The notes below the pieces were generated by a model. It had not been told where the DNA came from and made no database searches. It saw nothing but the letters and a program-made list of their open reading frames with translations. A DNA stretch of 62,710 nt, filler included, from Globobulimina sp. (Eukaryota): NCBI GenBank assembly GCA_003354225.1. It is 12 parts of 12 records of this genome, joined end to end, with 100 filler letters (N's around TTAATTAATTAA, not from the genome) between each part and the next. Parts side by side here need not be neighbours in the genome. Positions count along the whole stretch, not along the records: positions 20,968 to 26,102 come from PIVH01000702.1; positions 26,203 to 31,337 come from PIVH01000703.1; positions 31,438 to 36,571 come from PIVH01000704.1; 9 more parts are not named here. One strand, written 5' to 3'. Shown here in pieces: positions 23,400 through 32,520 of the stretch. The stretch's first letter is position 1; each line of letters starts with the position of its first letter. The translations under genes and the position numbers were made by a program.

Positions 23400-25652
23400 A
23401 TGTTGGTTCGATTTTTGGAGCAAAAATTCAGTTTATTATCAAAATTTATATTTATTCCCAACCAAAGCTTTGGCCCACGATCAGTTGCGCGGATTACAAG
23501 TCCAGGCATAAATATTTCGTGTGATTGTTATGACGGCGACACTCCATTCAATCTGCGGAGAGAGATATTATTATCCACCAATATAATATTGACTAATCCA
23601 GACATTCTGCATCAAACATTGTTACCCAATCATAATAAATACGCCTCTTTATTTGCAAATATATCCTTTATAATAATGGATGAATCGCATTGTTACTGCT
23701 CTGTATTTGGCAGTCACTGTGCAAATATTCTACGTCGATTAAAACGAATCTGTGCATTGCATGGTTCCTATCCGTTATTTATTGGCTGTTCGGCCACAAT
23801 CAATAATCCTTTGCAAAATTTTTCGTGTTTGACCGGCATAAAAGAAGCGGATATAAATCTTATTGATGATGGACAAGATTCCAGTTCGAATGGAGAGAAA
23901 TTATTTATATTTTGGCAGCCACCATTGAAAAAAAAGAAATTCCGCATTGGCAAAAAACAGAAGCAAACAAACAAATATTTCCATATTGAAAATCATTTAC
24001 AAACCGTAGAAAATGCAAACAATGAAAGCAAATCTCGACGGAGTGCGTTTACTGAATCTGCGATGTTATTTAGTCAGTGTATAATGAGCAATTTGCGATG
24101 TATATTATTCGTACAACAACGAAGTGTTTGCGAATTGGTTTATAAATATTGCAGAGATATATTATATAAATCCGAATCGAGCAATAATAATTGCGTCAAT
24201 TTAATCGCTTCGTATCGCGGTGGATATAATAAAGAGTTGCGGCGGCGGATTGAATCGGATTTATTTGAAAATAGGATATTAGGCATAATCTCGACCAATG
24301 CGATGGAGCTAGGCATAGATATCGGCGATTTAGACTGTACTCTGCATATTGGATATAATGGTTTGTCTTCGTTATGGCAACAAAGTGGAAGAAGTGGAAG
24401 GAGTGGCAAAGCCTCATTGGCTATATTCATTGCACAGAATTGTGTCATTGATCAATATATAATTTCACATAACCATATTTTATTCGATTCATGCTTTGAA
24501 AATGTGATTATTTATCCGTTGAATAAACGTATTTTATATTTACATTTGTTGAGTGCCGTCGGCGATGAGCCAATGGATAAAAATGAAATTTATAAATATT
24601 GGGAAGATAATCATATTATCGATGAGGTTGTGAATGAATTGGTGAATGATGGCAAAATTATGATAGATAAAGATATGAATAAATTTATTTTATCTCCCAA
24701 ATATTTATCTGTTTTGGCGTATAAGTTACATAAAAAAAATGAGGTTGCAAATTATTCAAATTATGTTCATCCCGCAAAGTTTATTGCAATTCGCAATATT
24801 GATGCTATAAATTATGGCGTATATACACAAGGAAGTAATTTGAGATTGGATGAGATGGCTGAAAGAAACGCATTTTTTCATGTGTATCCAGGTGCAATTT
24901 ATTTAAATCAAGGCAAAGAATATGTGATTACACGTTTAGATGTTGTGAATCATGCCGCATTTTGCAAACAAGTGTCGCATTCCTCATATTATACATATTC
25001 GCGCGACAGAACAGATATATTAATCACAAATAATTTATTTACCAGTCGTACATATAATAAGTTGGTCCATTTTGGGAGTGTTGATATTCGAACTAAAGTC
25101 TTTTCATATTATAAAATAAGCAAAATAAGTCAAGAAATATTTGATGAGAAAGAAATCAATTTACCAAATTTAATCACATCGACTGTTGCATTTTGGATTG
25201 ACATTCCAATGGATATTATAAAGGAAATGAATAAGTTGAAAATTGATATTATTTCAGCAATTCATGCCATTGAACATTGTATGATTAGTTTGATTCCATT
25301 ATTTATAAAATGTAATTCAAAGCAATTTGAAACAGAATGTCCATCGCCGTTTGATACAAAAAAAAGAATTCCGCGCATTATTATTGCGGAAACAATACGA
25401 AATGGTTTGGGCTATGTTGAGGAGATAGTTTTGGATAAAAATAAAAAGAATATTATAAAAGAACTGATTAATAAAACAATTGAAACATTTACAAATTGTT
25501 CATGTATGAATGAGAAAGATGATGATGCAAATCATGCCATGGATGGATGTTTATCTTGTTGTCATTCAATAGCATGTCATGAATATAATATTGTTTCGTC
25601 CACCAAAAATGGTTTACGTTTGTTGCAATTGTTAAAACCATCATTAATTTAA
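23400..25652 (+). CDS. HRQ1: HRQ1/MrfA-family DEAH helicase with DUF1998 Zn domain; N-terminus frameshifted or missing
   Basis: LTNPDILH, DESH, SATINNP, STNAMELGIDIG, QQSGRSGR, C-terminal Cys cluster. Motif Ia LYLFPTKALAHDQLR is in a different frame and no Walker A is seen. Confidence 0.85.
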   Translation: MLVRFLEQKFSLLSKFIFIPNQSFGPRSVARITSPGINISCDCYDGDTPFNLRREILLSTNIILTNPDILHQTLLPNHNKYASLFANISFIIMDESHCYCSVFGSHCANILRRLKRICALHGSYPLFIGCSATINNPLQNFSCLTGIKEADINLIDDGQDSSSNGEKLFIFWQPPLKKKKFRIGKKQKQTNKYFHIENHLQTVENANNESKSRRSAFTESAMLFSQCIMSNLRCILFVQQRSVCELVYKYCRDILYKSESSNNNCVNLIASYRGGYNKELRRRIESDLFENRILGIISTNAMELGIDIGDLDCTLHIGYNGLSSLWQQSGRSGRSGKASLAIFIAQNCVIDQYIISHNHILFDSCFENVIIYPLNKRILYLHLLSAVGDEPMDKNEIYKYWEDNHIIDEVVNELVNDGKIMIDKDMNKFILSPKYLSVLAYKLHKKNEVANYSNYVHPAKFIAIRNIDAINYGVYTQGSNLRLDEMAERNAFFHVYPGAIYLNQGKEYVITRLDVVNHAAFCKQVSHSSYYTYSRDRTDILITNNLFTSRTYNKLVHFGSVDIRTKVFSYYKISKISQEIFDEKEINLPNLITSTVAFWIDIPMDIIKEMNKLKIDIISAIHAIEHCMISLIPLFIKCNSKQFETECPSPFDTKKRIPRIIIAETIRNGLGYVEEIVLDKNKKNIIKELINKTIETFTNCSCMNEKDDDANHAMDGCLSCCHSIACHEYNIVSSTKNGLRLLQLLKPSLI

Positions 25653-25692
25653 GTAGTAAGGGCAAAAACTAATTACTAGACTAATATATTGA

Positions 25693-26102
25693 ATGGCACA
25701 AACTAATACTAGCAAAGTAAGGGAGAGAGATGTAACTGAATGGATATTTAAACGGTTTAACGAGTTAACAAAACCAAATATTACTGCTCAGCAACGGGAA
25801 GAAATATTGTATAGAGTCTTTTCAATGTTAGAAAAATGTGATAAATCATGGCAATGCCAATTAGATATTTTGGATGTTTTTGGTAATATTATTAAAAATA
25901 AAGCTGAAATATTATTTGGATGTGGTAATATTTTGGATTTAGTGATAACAATGATTGAAAACTTAGAGAATAATAAGAATACAAATAATAAGGATAAGGA
26001 GGTAAATATAAGCACAATCCATTGTAAATTGTGTCATTTAATATCTATTGTTGGCAGAACACAATTGTCTGTACAGCATTTAAATAGAATTTTAATCTTA
26101 TT
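25693..26102 (+). CDS. Possible BEACH-protein (neurobeachin-like) N-terminal armadillo region, truncated
   Basis: CQLDILDVFGNII..ILDLVI..LISIVGRTQLSVQHLNRIL pattern. Confidence 0.4.
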
Positions 26103-26202
26103 NNNNNNNNNNNNNNNNNNNNNNNNNNNNNNNNNNNNNNNNNNNNTTAATTAATTAANNNNNNNNNNNNNNNNNNNNNNNNNNNNNNNNNNNNNNNNNN
26201 NN

Positions 26203-26409
26203 TATATGTTGGGCGAGAAATGTGTGCAATATATTATCAATGATAATAGACATACAACGAGCTGGTGGCATGAAAATCAAAATTATATCATCATTGCTAT
26301 TATTGCTATTGTCCTTATTGTCATCGGGTTTATTGGGTATAAATGTTTCTATTATAAACGTTATGTACGACAAGAATATCAAGCAACAATTCCTTTAATC
26401 AAAACATAA
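26203..26409 (+). CDS. C-terminus of a single-pass membrane protein
   Basis: TM segment YIIIAIIAIVLIVIGFIG followed by a short tail. Confidence 0.45.
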   Translation, partial: YMLGEKCVQYIINDNRHTTSWWHENQNYIIIAIIAIVLIVIGFIGYKCFYYKRYVRQEYQATIPLIKT

Positions 26410-26876
26410 ATAATTTATTTTTTTGTACTATATAATCATATGAAAACTGAAAAGTAGCATTTTATGATTTTTTTTTTGAAATGAACTCTGTTTAAGCATA
26501 GCAATTATGGGTTGTTGGCATGATAAACTGGTCCACTTTCAATTGATTTGTTTCCATTACGGTTGTTTGTCTGTATAAATTATATTTTTGTTATACTACT
26601 TGTGTAAAAGGAAACGTTTTCACGAAACGTTCCACTTCTTCAAACCTCAAGAAATCAACGTAATTTTCGCGTAAATAAGCAGAGTTAGGAAATACGATAC
26701 AATTCTGAGTGTAATTTAAATTATACTTTACTTGAAAGGTACTAACCTCGGCTGTGAATGTGCCTATTGGGGAAAAAAGGGATAGAAGTTTCAAAAACAG
26801 CTCTAAATATTCGTATTGAACCAATCAAAGAAGAGTTAGTCTATAAAAAATATCGTGTCTATTGTGTGCTGACATA

Positions 26877-28672
26877 TTATTGTTCCTTATTTCTTATTCC
26901 AGAGACAACATCGTCGATTCTTAAGAGCATACTTGCCGATTCAATCGCGGTTTTAATAGTTTGTAATTTAACAACAAATGGCTCCCAAATGCCATACTTA
27001 TTCATATCTACAATATCGCCGTTCTCGCCATTCACACCAAAATGTTTGCCTTCTCCATCCGGCAACGAGTGTTTTGCTCTTAATTCAGTCAATACTTTAA
27101 TTGGCTGTTTGCCACAATTTTGTATCAATGTTCTTGGAATAATTTCCAATGCATCAGCCACGGCACGATATGGATACGCCTGTACACCATCGATCTTATT
27201 CGCATTTTCATTCAACGCCACACTGACCGCCATTTCTGTGGCACCGCCACCTGGCAATATCTTGGGATTTAATAATATATTGCGAGTCACACACATGGCA
27301 TCTTGTAAATTCCTATCCATCTCTTGCAAGATATCCTTACTTCCACCTCTTTTTTGTGTCAATTATACAATGCAATTTATTCAAGAAACAATAATATGTA
27401 CAACACAAACATAAATTACATCATTCATAAACAAATTACCGTACCTCAATACAATTGAACATGCTTTCGGCTGCTCACATTTATGAAAAAAGGAAAACGT
27501 TTCGTTGGCAATTTGCTTCACACAATACTCGCCACATTGTGTCCCAATAATGGCGCCGCTACACTTCGCCAACCGCGTATTATCCGTCTTCCTCATCCGT
27601 CGCAACACCGTCACGCCCGCCTTCATCAAGTAATGTTGCGCCAAATCGCTGCATCCTTTCTCAGTCACAACAATGTCCGGCTTCAACGTAATCAATTTAC
27701 GGCAGAATTTCTCGATAAATTCCTCTTCGATTTGTAAATATTTCTCGAAATCCGCCTCTTTGGTGATCTCGATATTGGTCTGCGACTCGCCTTTGTTATA
27801 TTCCATGGGGATATCCAGGCAGATTATACGCGGCTTTTTGATGAATCTCCGCATCTTCGGATGCAACACGTCCTTATTTATGATAACCCCATCCAAGACA
27901 TACGAGTCCGATAACTGTCCACCAGGTATCCTCTCGACGCGCGCGTACCTTTTCGTGTCAATCACGATATGCTTGGCTTGGGCAAAGGCGTCTTTTTTCT
28001 TATTCATATTGGCCTTCTCCTCCATTTCGCGGATTTCGTCGTCGCTCTCACGTACAATCATCACCGCATCGAAGGCTAAATTGCAGATTAAATCGCCATA
28101 ACGCGAGATAAATTTGGTGCCGATGGTGCTGCGGATTATATTCAACATGGACTCTTTGTTGCTGATATCCAATGAGATGGCGATGGATTTCATGCATTCT
28201 TCCGCATCGATCAGGGCCTGGTTATAGGCGGAAACTATGATTCGAGGATGCATTTTTTTCTCCAAAAAAGGCTCGGCGACCTGTAACATCTCACCAGCTG
28301 TGTTTTTGTGTGATATTTATGGATTTTTATTTTATTTATGTGTGCGTGCAAGGATGCTTTGTTATATTTCATACCAAGGATGATCACCGAGGTCGTGCCA
28401 TCACCGACTTCTTCGTCCTGAGTTCGTGACAGTTCTATCATAGATTTTGCAGCTGGATGATTGACATCGATCTCACGTAAAATGGCATTGCCATCATTGG
28501 TCATTACAATGCCGCCCATTGGATCTAAGATCATTTTCAACATAGAACGTGGTCCGAGTGTGGTACGGACGATGTCTGCCACTGCTTTGGCCGCGGCAAT
28601 GTTGCCTAATTGCGCACGAGAGCCTTGGTCTCGTTCCGCGTTTGTGTTTAATACCATAACCGGTGCTTGCAT
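26877..28672 (-). CDS. CCT3: T-complex protein 1 subunit gamma; introns 28298-28374 and 27349-27444
   Basis: [53 protein letters not shown]. Confidence 0.95.
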
Positions 28673-28814
28673 TTTGAATGCTGTTTCTGGTGGAAGGTGG
28701 GAGGGGATGTGCTGACTGTGAATAACTCAAAAGATTAAGAAACGTTTTTATTTAACACGCGAACGGAACACCATCGTTTCGTGTTTTTTCTGATCATATC
28801 TGAACATAGCGATC

Positions 28815-29516
28815 ATGCAACAAAAGTATTTAAATGTTCGCATCCATCATGGGAATAAAACAAAAATATGCATATTTGAAGCTGGTATGACTTGGAAAAC
28901 TATTCAACCACAAATAGTGGATAAGTTTGCGTCATTACAGAATGTCTCAAATGAGTGGCATTTAGAGTACGATTATGGGACATGGATTGAGGATAGTAAT
29001 GATTGGGAAATTGCAGTGATTTATCACATGCATAAAGGGCATAATTATAATCCCTTTGAATTGTTTATCGTTTTTGGTAATGATGTGGTTGGTGGTAAAG
29101 CAAAGGAATACGTACAACCCGCAATGAAGAGAGCGAAATTAAATGATGGTAAAAGTCAGGATAAAGATAATGTGAATGCAGTGATACCACCACCAACCTG
29201 TCCTAAATATGCCATTCATTTAAATGATGAGGAGAGCGATGACTTTAACAATCAAGGCATGAATGTGGATAATATTGATAGTAATGTTGATGGGATGGAT
29301 AAATTATGGATAAATATCAAAAACATTTTAAAAACCTGTCACCAGCCGGTGAATGTTTTGTGGCTAAGACGGAAGTTTTCGGGCTCATTGCCCAATGTGG
29401 GGGAAATGAATAAAGTGTTATATGAACAATTAAGGAGAGGTAATCTCATTAAATATCCGTCTGCAGCAAATAAAGCCAGTCAAAAACCATTGTGGTCTCT
29501 GTCTCCAATGTATTGA
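28815..29516 (+). CDS. PB1-like domain + Z-alpha (Z-DNA/Z-RNA-binding winged-helix) protein
   Basis: N-terminal ubiquitin-like PB1 pattern (VRIHHG..TWKTIQ..F..LEYDYGTWIEDSNDWEIAV..FELFIV). C-terminal EMNKVLYEQLRRGNLIK...KPLWSL matches the Z-alpha signature NxxLY..GxL..PxW. Confidence 0.7.
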   Translation: MQQKYLNVRIHHGNKTKICIFEAGMTWKTIQPQIVDKFASLQNVSNEWHLEYDYGTWIEDSNDWEIAVIYHMHKGHNYNPFELFIVFGNDVVGGKAKEYVQPAMKRAKLNDGKSQDKDNVNAVIPPPTCPKYAIHLNDEESDDFNNQGMNVDNIDSNVDGMDKLWINIKNILKTCHQPVNVLWLRRKFSGSLPNVGEMNKVLYEQLRRGNLIKYPSAANKASQKPLWSLSPMY

Positions 29517-29773
29517 TTTTAAAAATTAAATTGGCACTGCTATACAATAAATATCGTATATGTAGAAGTATATTTCAATCATTTCAACTTTATTATGCAC
29601 ATAATTATATATAGTTTTATGTATAATGCAAATTAAATAATTATTGTTCTGAAAAGTTTTCAGTAAAAAAATCTTCAACACCAAAAAAACCATTCACTTT
29701 TCTCTTCTACTCCTATTAAACAATAACATACAAAAGCATTTGCAAACCTTCGATACAAAGCTCAATCCTTAAA

Positions 29774-30772
29774 ATGAATTCATTTAACGTCTTATTAATC
29801 GCATTAGCATTCACAATATTATACAAACCTGGCACTTGTGATGACCCAGACACAGGCACAGATACTGAATCAATGACTATATTGTCCGCAAATACCACCA
29901 TGGATGTATCTTCCAGTATAGAATCAACTTCATCCATAGACGCAACAAGTGAATCAGACGATAATTATAGTGTTTCCATCGACGGTACCATGAGTCCAAG
30001 TGTTGAATCACCGGATGACGATGATATCAGTGAAGACCATACCGGCGACAGTAACGATAATGACGATGACAGCGATATGGAATCATTAGAAGCAACGGAT
30101 AGTCCAAGTGGTGAGTCTGCAGACGACGATGAAGAGGATATCAGTGTTGATTCAATCGACTCAGCAGCGGTGAGTCCAAGTGATGCCTCTACCGATGATG
30201 ACGAAGAGGATGCCAGTCCTGACAGTGGTGATTCAATCGACGCATCCGATGATGAAGAGGGCGATTCTGCCGACGATGATGAAGAGGATGAAGAGGATGC
30301 CAGTGGTGATTCATTAGAAGCAACGGTTAGTCCCAGTGATGATTCTACCGATGATGACGAAGAGGATGCCAGTAATACCAGTGGCGAGTCATTCGACGCC
30401 ACCGAGAGTCCAAGTGATGACTCTGATGACTCTTTTGAAACACCGGTAGATGGCGCATCCGCATCGAATGACAGTGCTGTGGTTGTAGCAGATGATGGTT
30501 CCTCGAATGACGGCGCAAAGGCAAACGACGAGAAAGGACACGATATTGGTAGTGTGGCGAAGGGCGGTGATGTTAAATTTACAGAAATTACGATTATATC
30601 TTGTATTGTATTGGCGTGTTTATTTTCATTGGTATGCTTGACATATGGTTTAAAGCGTAATTGTAACGATAAATATCATCGAAATGGACATATTGAAATT
30701 GAAGATTTACATGAAGATGAAATCGAAGAGGATAATGAAGCTGAAATGGCTGTGATGGTTACTGCTCAGTAA
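29774..30772 (+). CDS. Highly acidic Asp/Ser-rich repeat type-I membrane protein
   Basis: Signal peptide; repeats of SLEATxSPSxxSxDDDEEDAS; TM IIISCIVLACLFSLVCL; acidic tail. Confidence 0.8.
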   Translation: MNSFNVLLIALAFTILYKPGTCDDPDTGTDTESMTILSANTTMDVSSSIESTSSIDATSESDDNYSVSIDGTMSPSVESPDDDDISEDHTGDSNDNDDDSDMESLEATDSPSGESADDDEEDISVDSIDSAAVSPSDASTDDDEEDASPDSGDSIDASDDEEGDSADDDEEDEEDASGDSLEATVSPSDDSTDDDEEDASNTSGESFDATESPSDDSDDSFETPVDGASASNDSAVVVADDGSSNDGAKANDEKGHDIGSVAKGGDVKFTEITIISCIVLACLFSLVCLTYGLKRNCNDKYHRNGHIEIEDLHEDEIEEDNEAEMAVMVTAQ

Positions 30773-31123
30773 ACGTACAAAACAAAAACACTTCTTATAC
30801 AAACTATACTTATTTATTACGTATACTATTTACTATACTTATTTATTCATTATATCCGTATACCTGTTTTTATTATTTTTTTGTTGTATTGTTTGTATTA
30901 TTTTTTTTGTTGTATTGTTTGTATTATTTTGCATTATTTATTATTACTTATAAATTTATTTGATTTATTAAATCTGAATTCAGAGGTTAACCGGTTGTGT
31001 GTCGTCAGCGGTCAGCAACACTTGGTAGTTTCCAGAAATTTCGGTTTGCGCAAATGTTTTCCGAATTAAGAAGTTTTCCCAACTGAGTCTGCTGTGAATT
31101 TTCCAAGTTGCGATAAAGTCATC

Positions 31124-31337
31124 ATGTCTTTCGAAGTAAAAGAAGACTTCTTCGACGAAATAAAAAGTAAAGTAGATGGCGTCAAATCGAAGTACGCAAG
31201 TTATAACCCAGTCACACAAGTTGCTTTACCAGGACAAGCAACCAAATTAAATTTATGCGCCTGTTCAATTCCCACCCGATCATTCCATATTACTTGGATT
31301 GCACTGTTTTGCTGCTTCCTCGCTTGGTTTTGCACCA
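31124..31337 (+). CDS. NRT2: High-affinity nitrate transporter NRT2/NarK (MFS), N-terminus, truncated by contig end
   Basis: ATKLNLCACSIPTRSFHITWIALFCCFLAWF matches the NRT2 motif A..L.L.S...P..RAFH.SW..FF.CF. Confidence 0.7.
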
Positions 31338-31437
31338 NNNNNNNNNNNNNNNNNNNNNNNNNNNNNNNNNNNNNNNNNNNNTTAATTAATTAANNNNNNN
31401 NNNNNNNNNNNNNNNNNNNNNNNNNNNNNNNNNNNNN

Positions 31438-31724
31438 TTAGGACAGTTTAGGATAGTTTAGGATAGTTTAGGATAGGATAGGATAGTTTAGTAGATAGTT
31501 TAGGATAGTTTAGGATAGTTTAGGACAGTTTAGGATAGTTTAGGACAGTTTAGGATAGTTTAGGATAGGATAGGATAGTTTAGTAGATAGTTTAGGACAG
31601 TTTAGGATAATTTAGGACAGTTTAGGATAGTTTAGGATAGTTTAGGACAGTTTAGGATAGTTTATGATAGGATAGGATAGTTTAGTATATAGTTTAGGAT
31701 AGTTTATGATATGATAGGATAGTT
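31438..31724 (+). repeat. Tandem satellite (TTTAGGAYAG)n
   Basis: About 290 bp of 10-mer units with GGATA variants. Confidence 0.95.
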
Positions 31725-31796
31725 ACCGAGCGAAGCGAGGTAACCCGAGCGAAGCGAGGTTAAGACATTAAGATATTCACCGAGCGAAGCGAGGTG
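31722..31796. repeat. Three CCGAGCGAAGCGAGG hairpins
   Basis: Identical 15-mer core with different self-complementary flanks (GTTA/TAAC, CA/TG). Confidence 0.9.
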
Positions 31797-31832
31797 GGCA
31801 GAGATGACTTACTTATGGAAAATTATCAAATG

Positions 31833-32427
31833 TTAATATGTTATTAAAACAAAATAAAACATAAATAATATCAGGGTACAATGCACTTCTTTATGTATAT
31901 CCGGACGATACCAATCCTGACAATATAATATCATTGCAAAGTAATGATTCCCAAACATGACATTATTTTTTTTTTTCATCATCCACATTTCTGAGTATCC
32001 AAAGTGATGTTTTCCCTTTATTTGTTTTTTCATTTTTATGAGGCTGCTTACGTGTAAACATAGGACTCAATAACAGTATTGCTTTATCATCATCTGTGAT
32101 TGAATAATGAGTATTATTCAAAATACCAAACGTGCATCCCCAATGTTGACCAATCAAATTATCAAGACAAAAATGTTTAATATCATTGTTGCTTGTAACT
32201 TCGAGATTTTCTCCAATTTCTGCATTGACAAAATTATGCAGGAGAGCAGTCAAACCATTACTCATTAACTCTAAAAATAATCTAAATAAATGCCGTGTAT
32301 CACAATGACGTGAATTGGCTACACCATACAATAATAATTCCGTCATTGGATTTTGATAAAATTGGAAATATTTATATTGCCTCAATTGCCTTCTTAAACT
32401 TGATATATGGATAATAAGAGGATTCAA
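31833..32427 (-). pseudogene. Frameshifted continuation of the element ORF, possibly a degenerate 2OG-Fe(II) dioxygenase
   Basis: Overlapping ORFs in different frames; PHKNE and AMILYCQDWYRPDIHKE faintly resemble AlkB motifs. Confidence 0.25.
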
Positions 32428-32520
32428 ATTATATTGAATAAAATGTTCGTTAACTTTTTTTTGATGTTGATATTCCTTTTTATCAAAAACATCTCGACAT
32501 TTAATAACTTTATAACGATC

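Noticed and set aside
31438-31724. TTTAGGATAG array as a telomere or CRISPR array
   Set aside because: The G-rich strand points into the contig, the wrong polarity for a left telomere; there are no unique spacers and no cas genes
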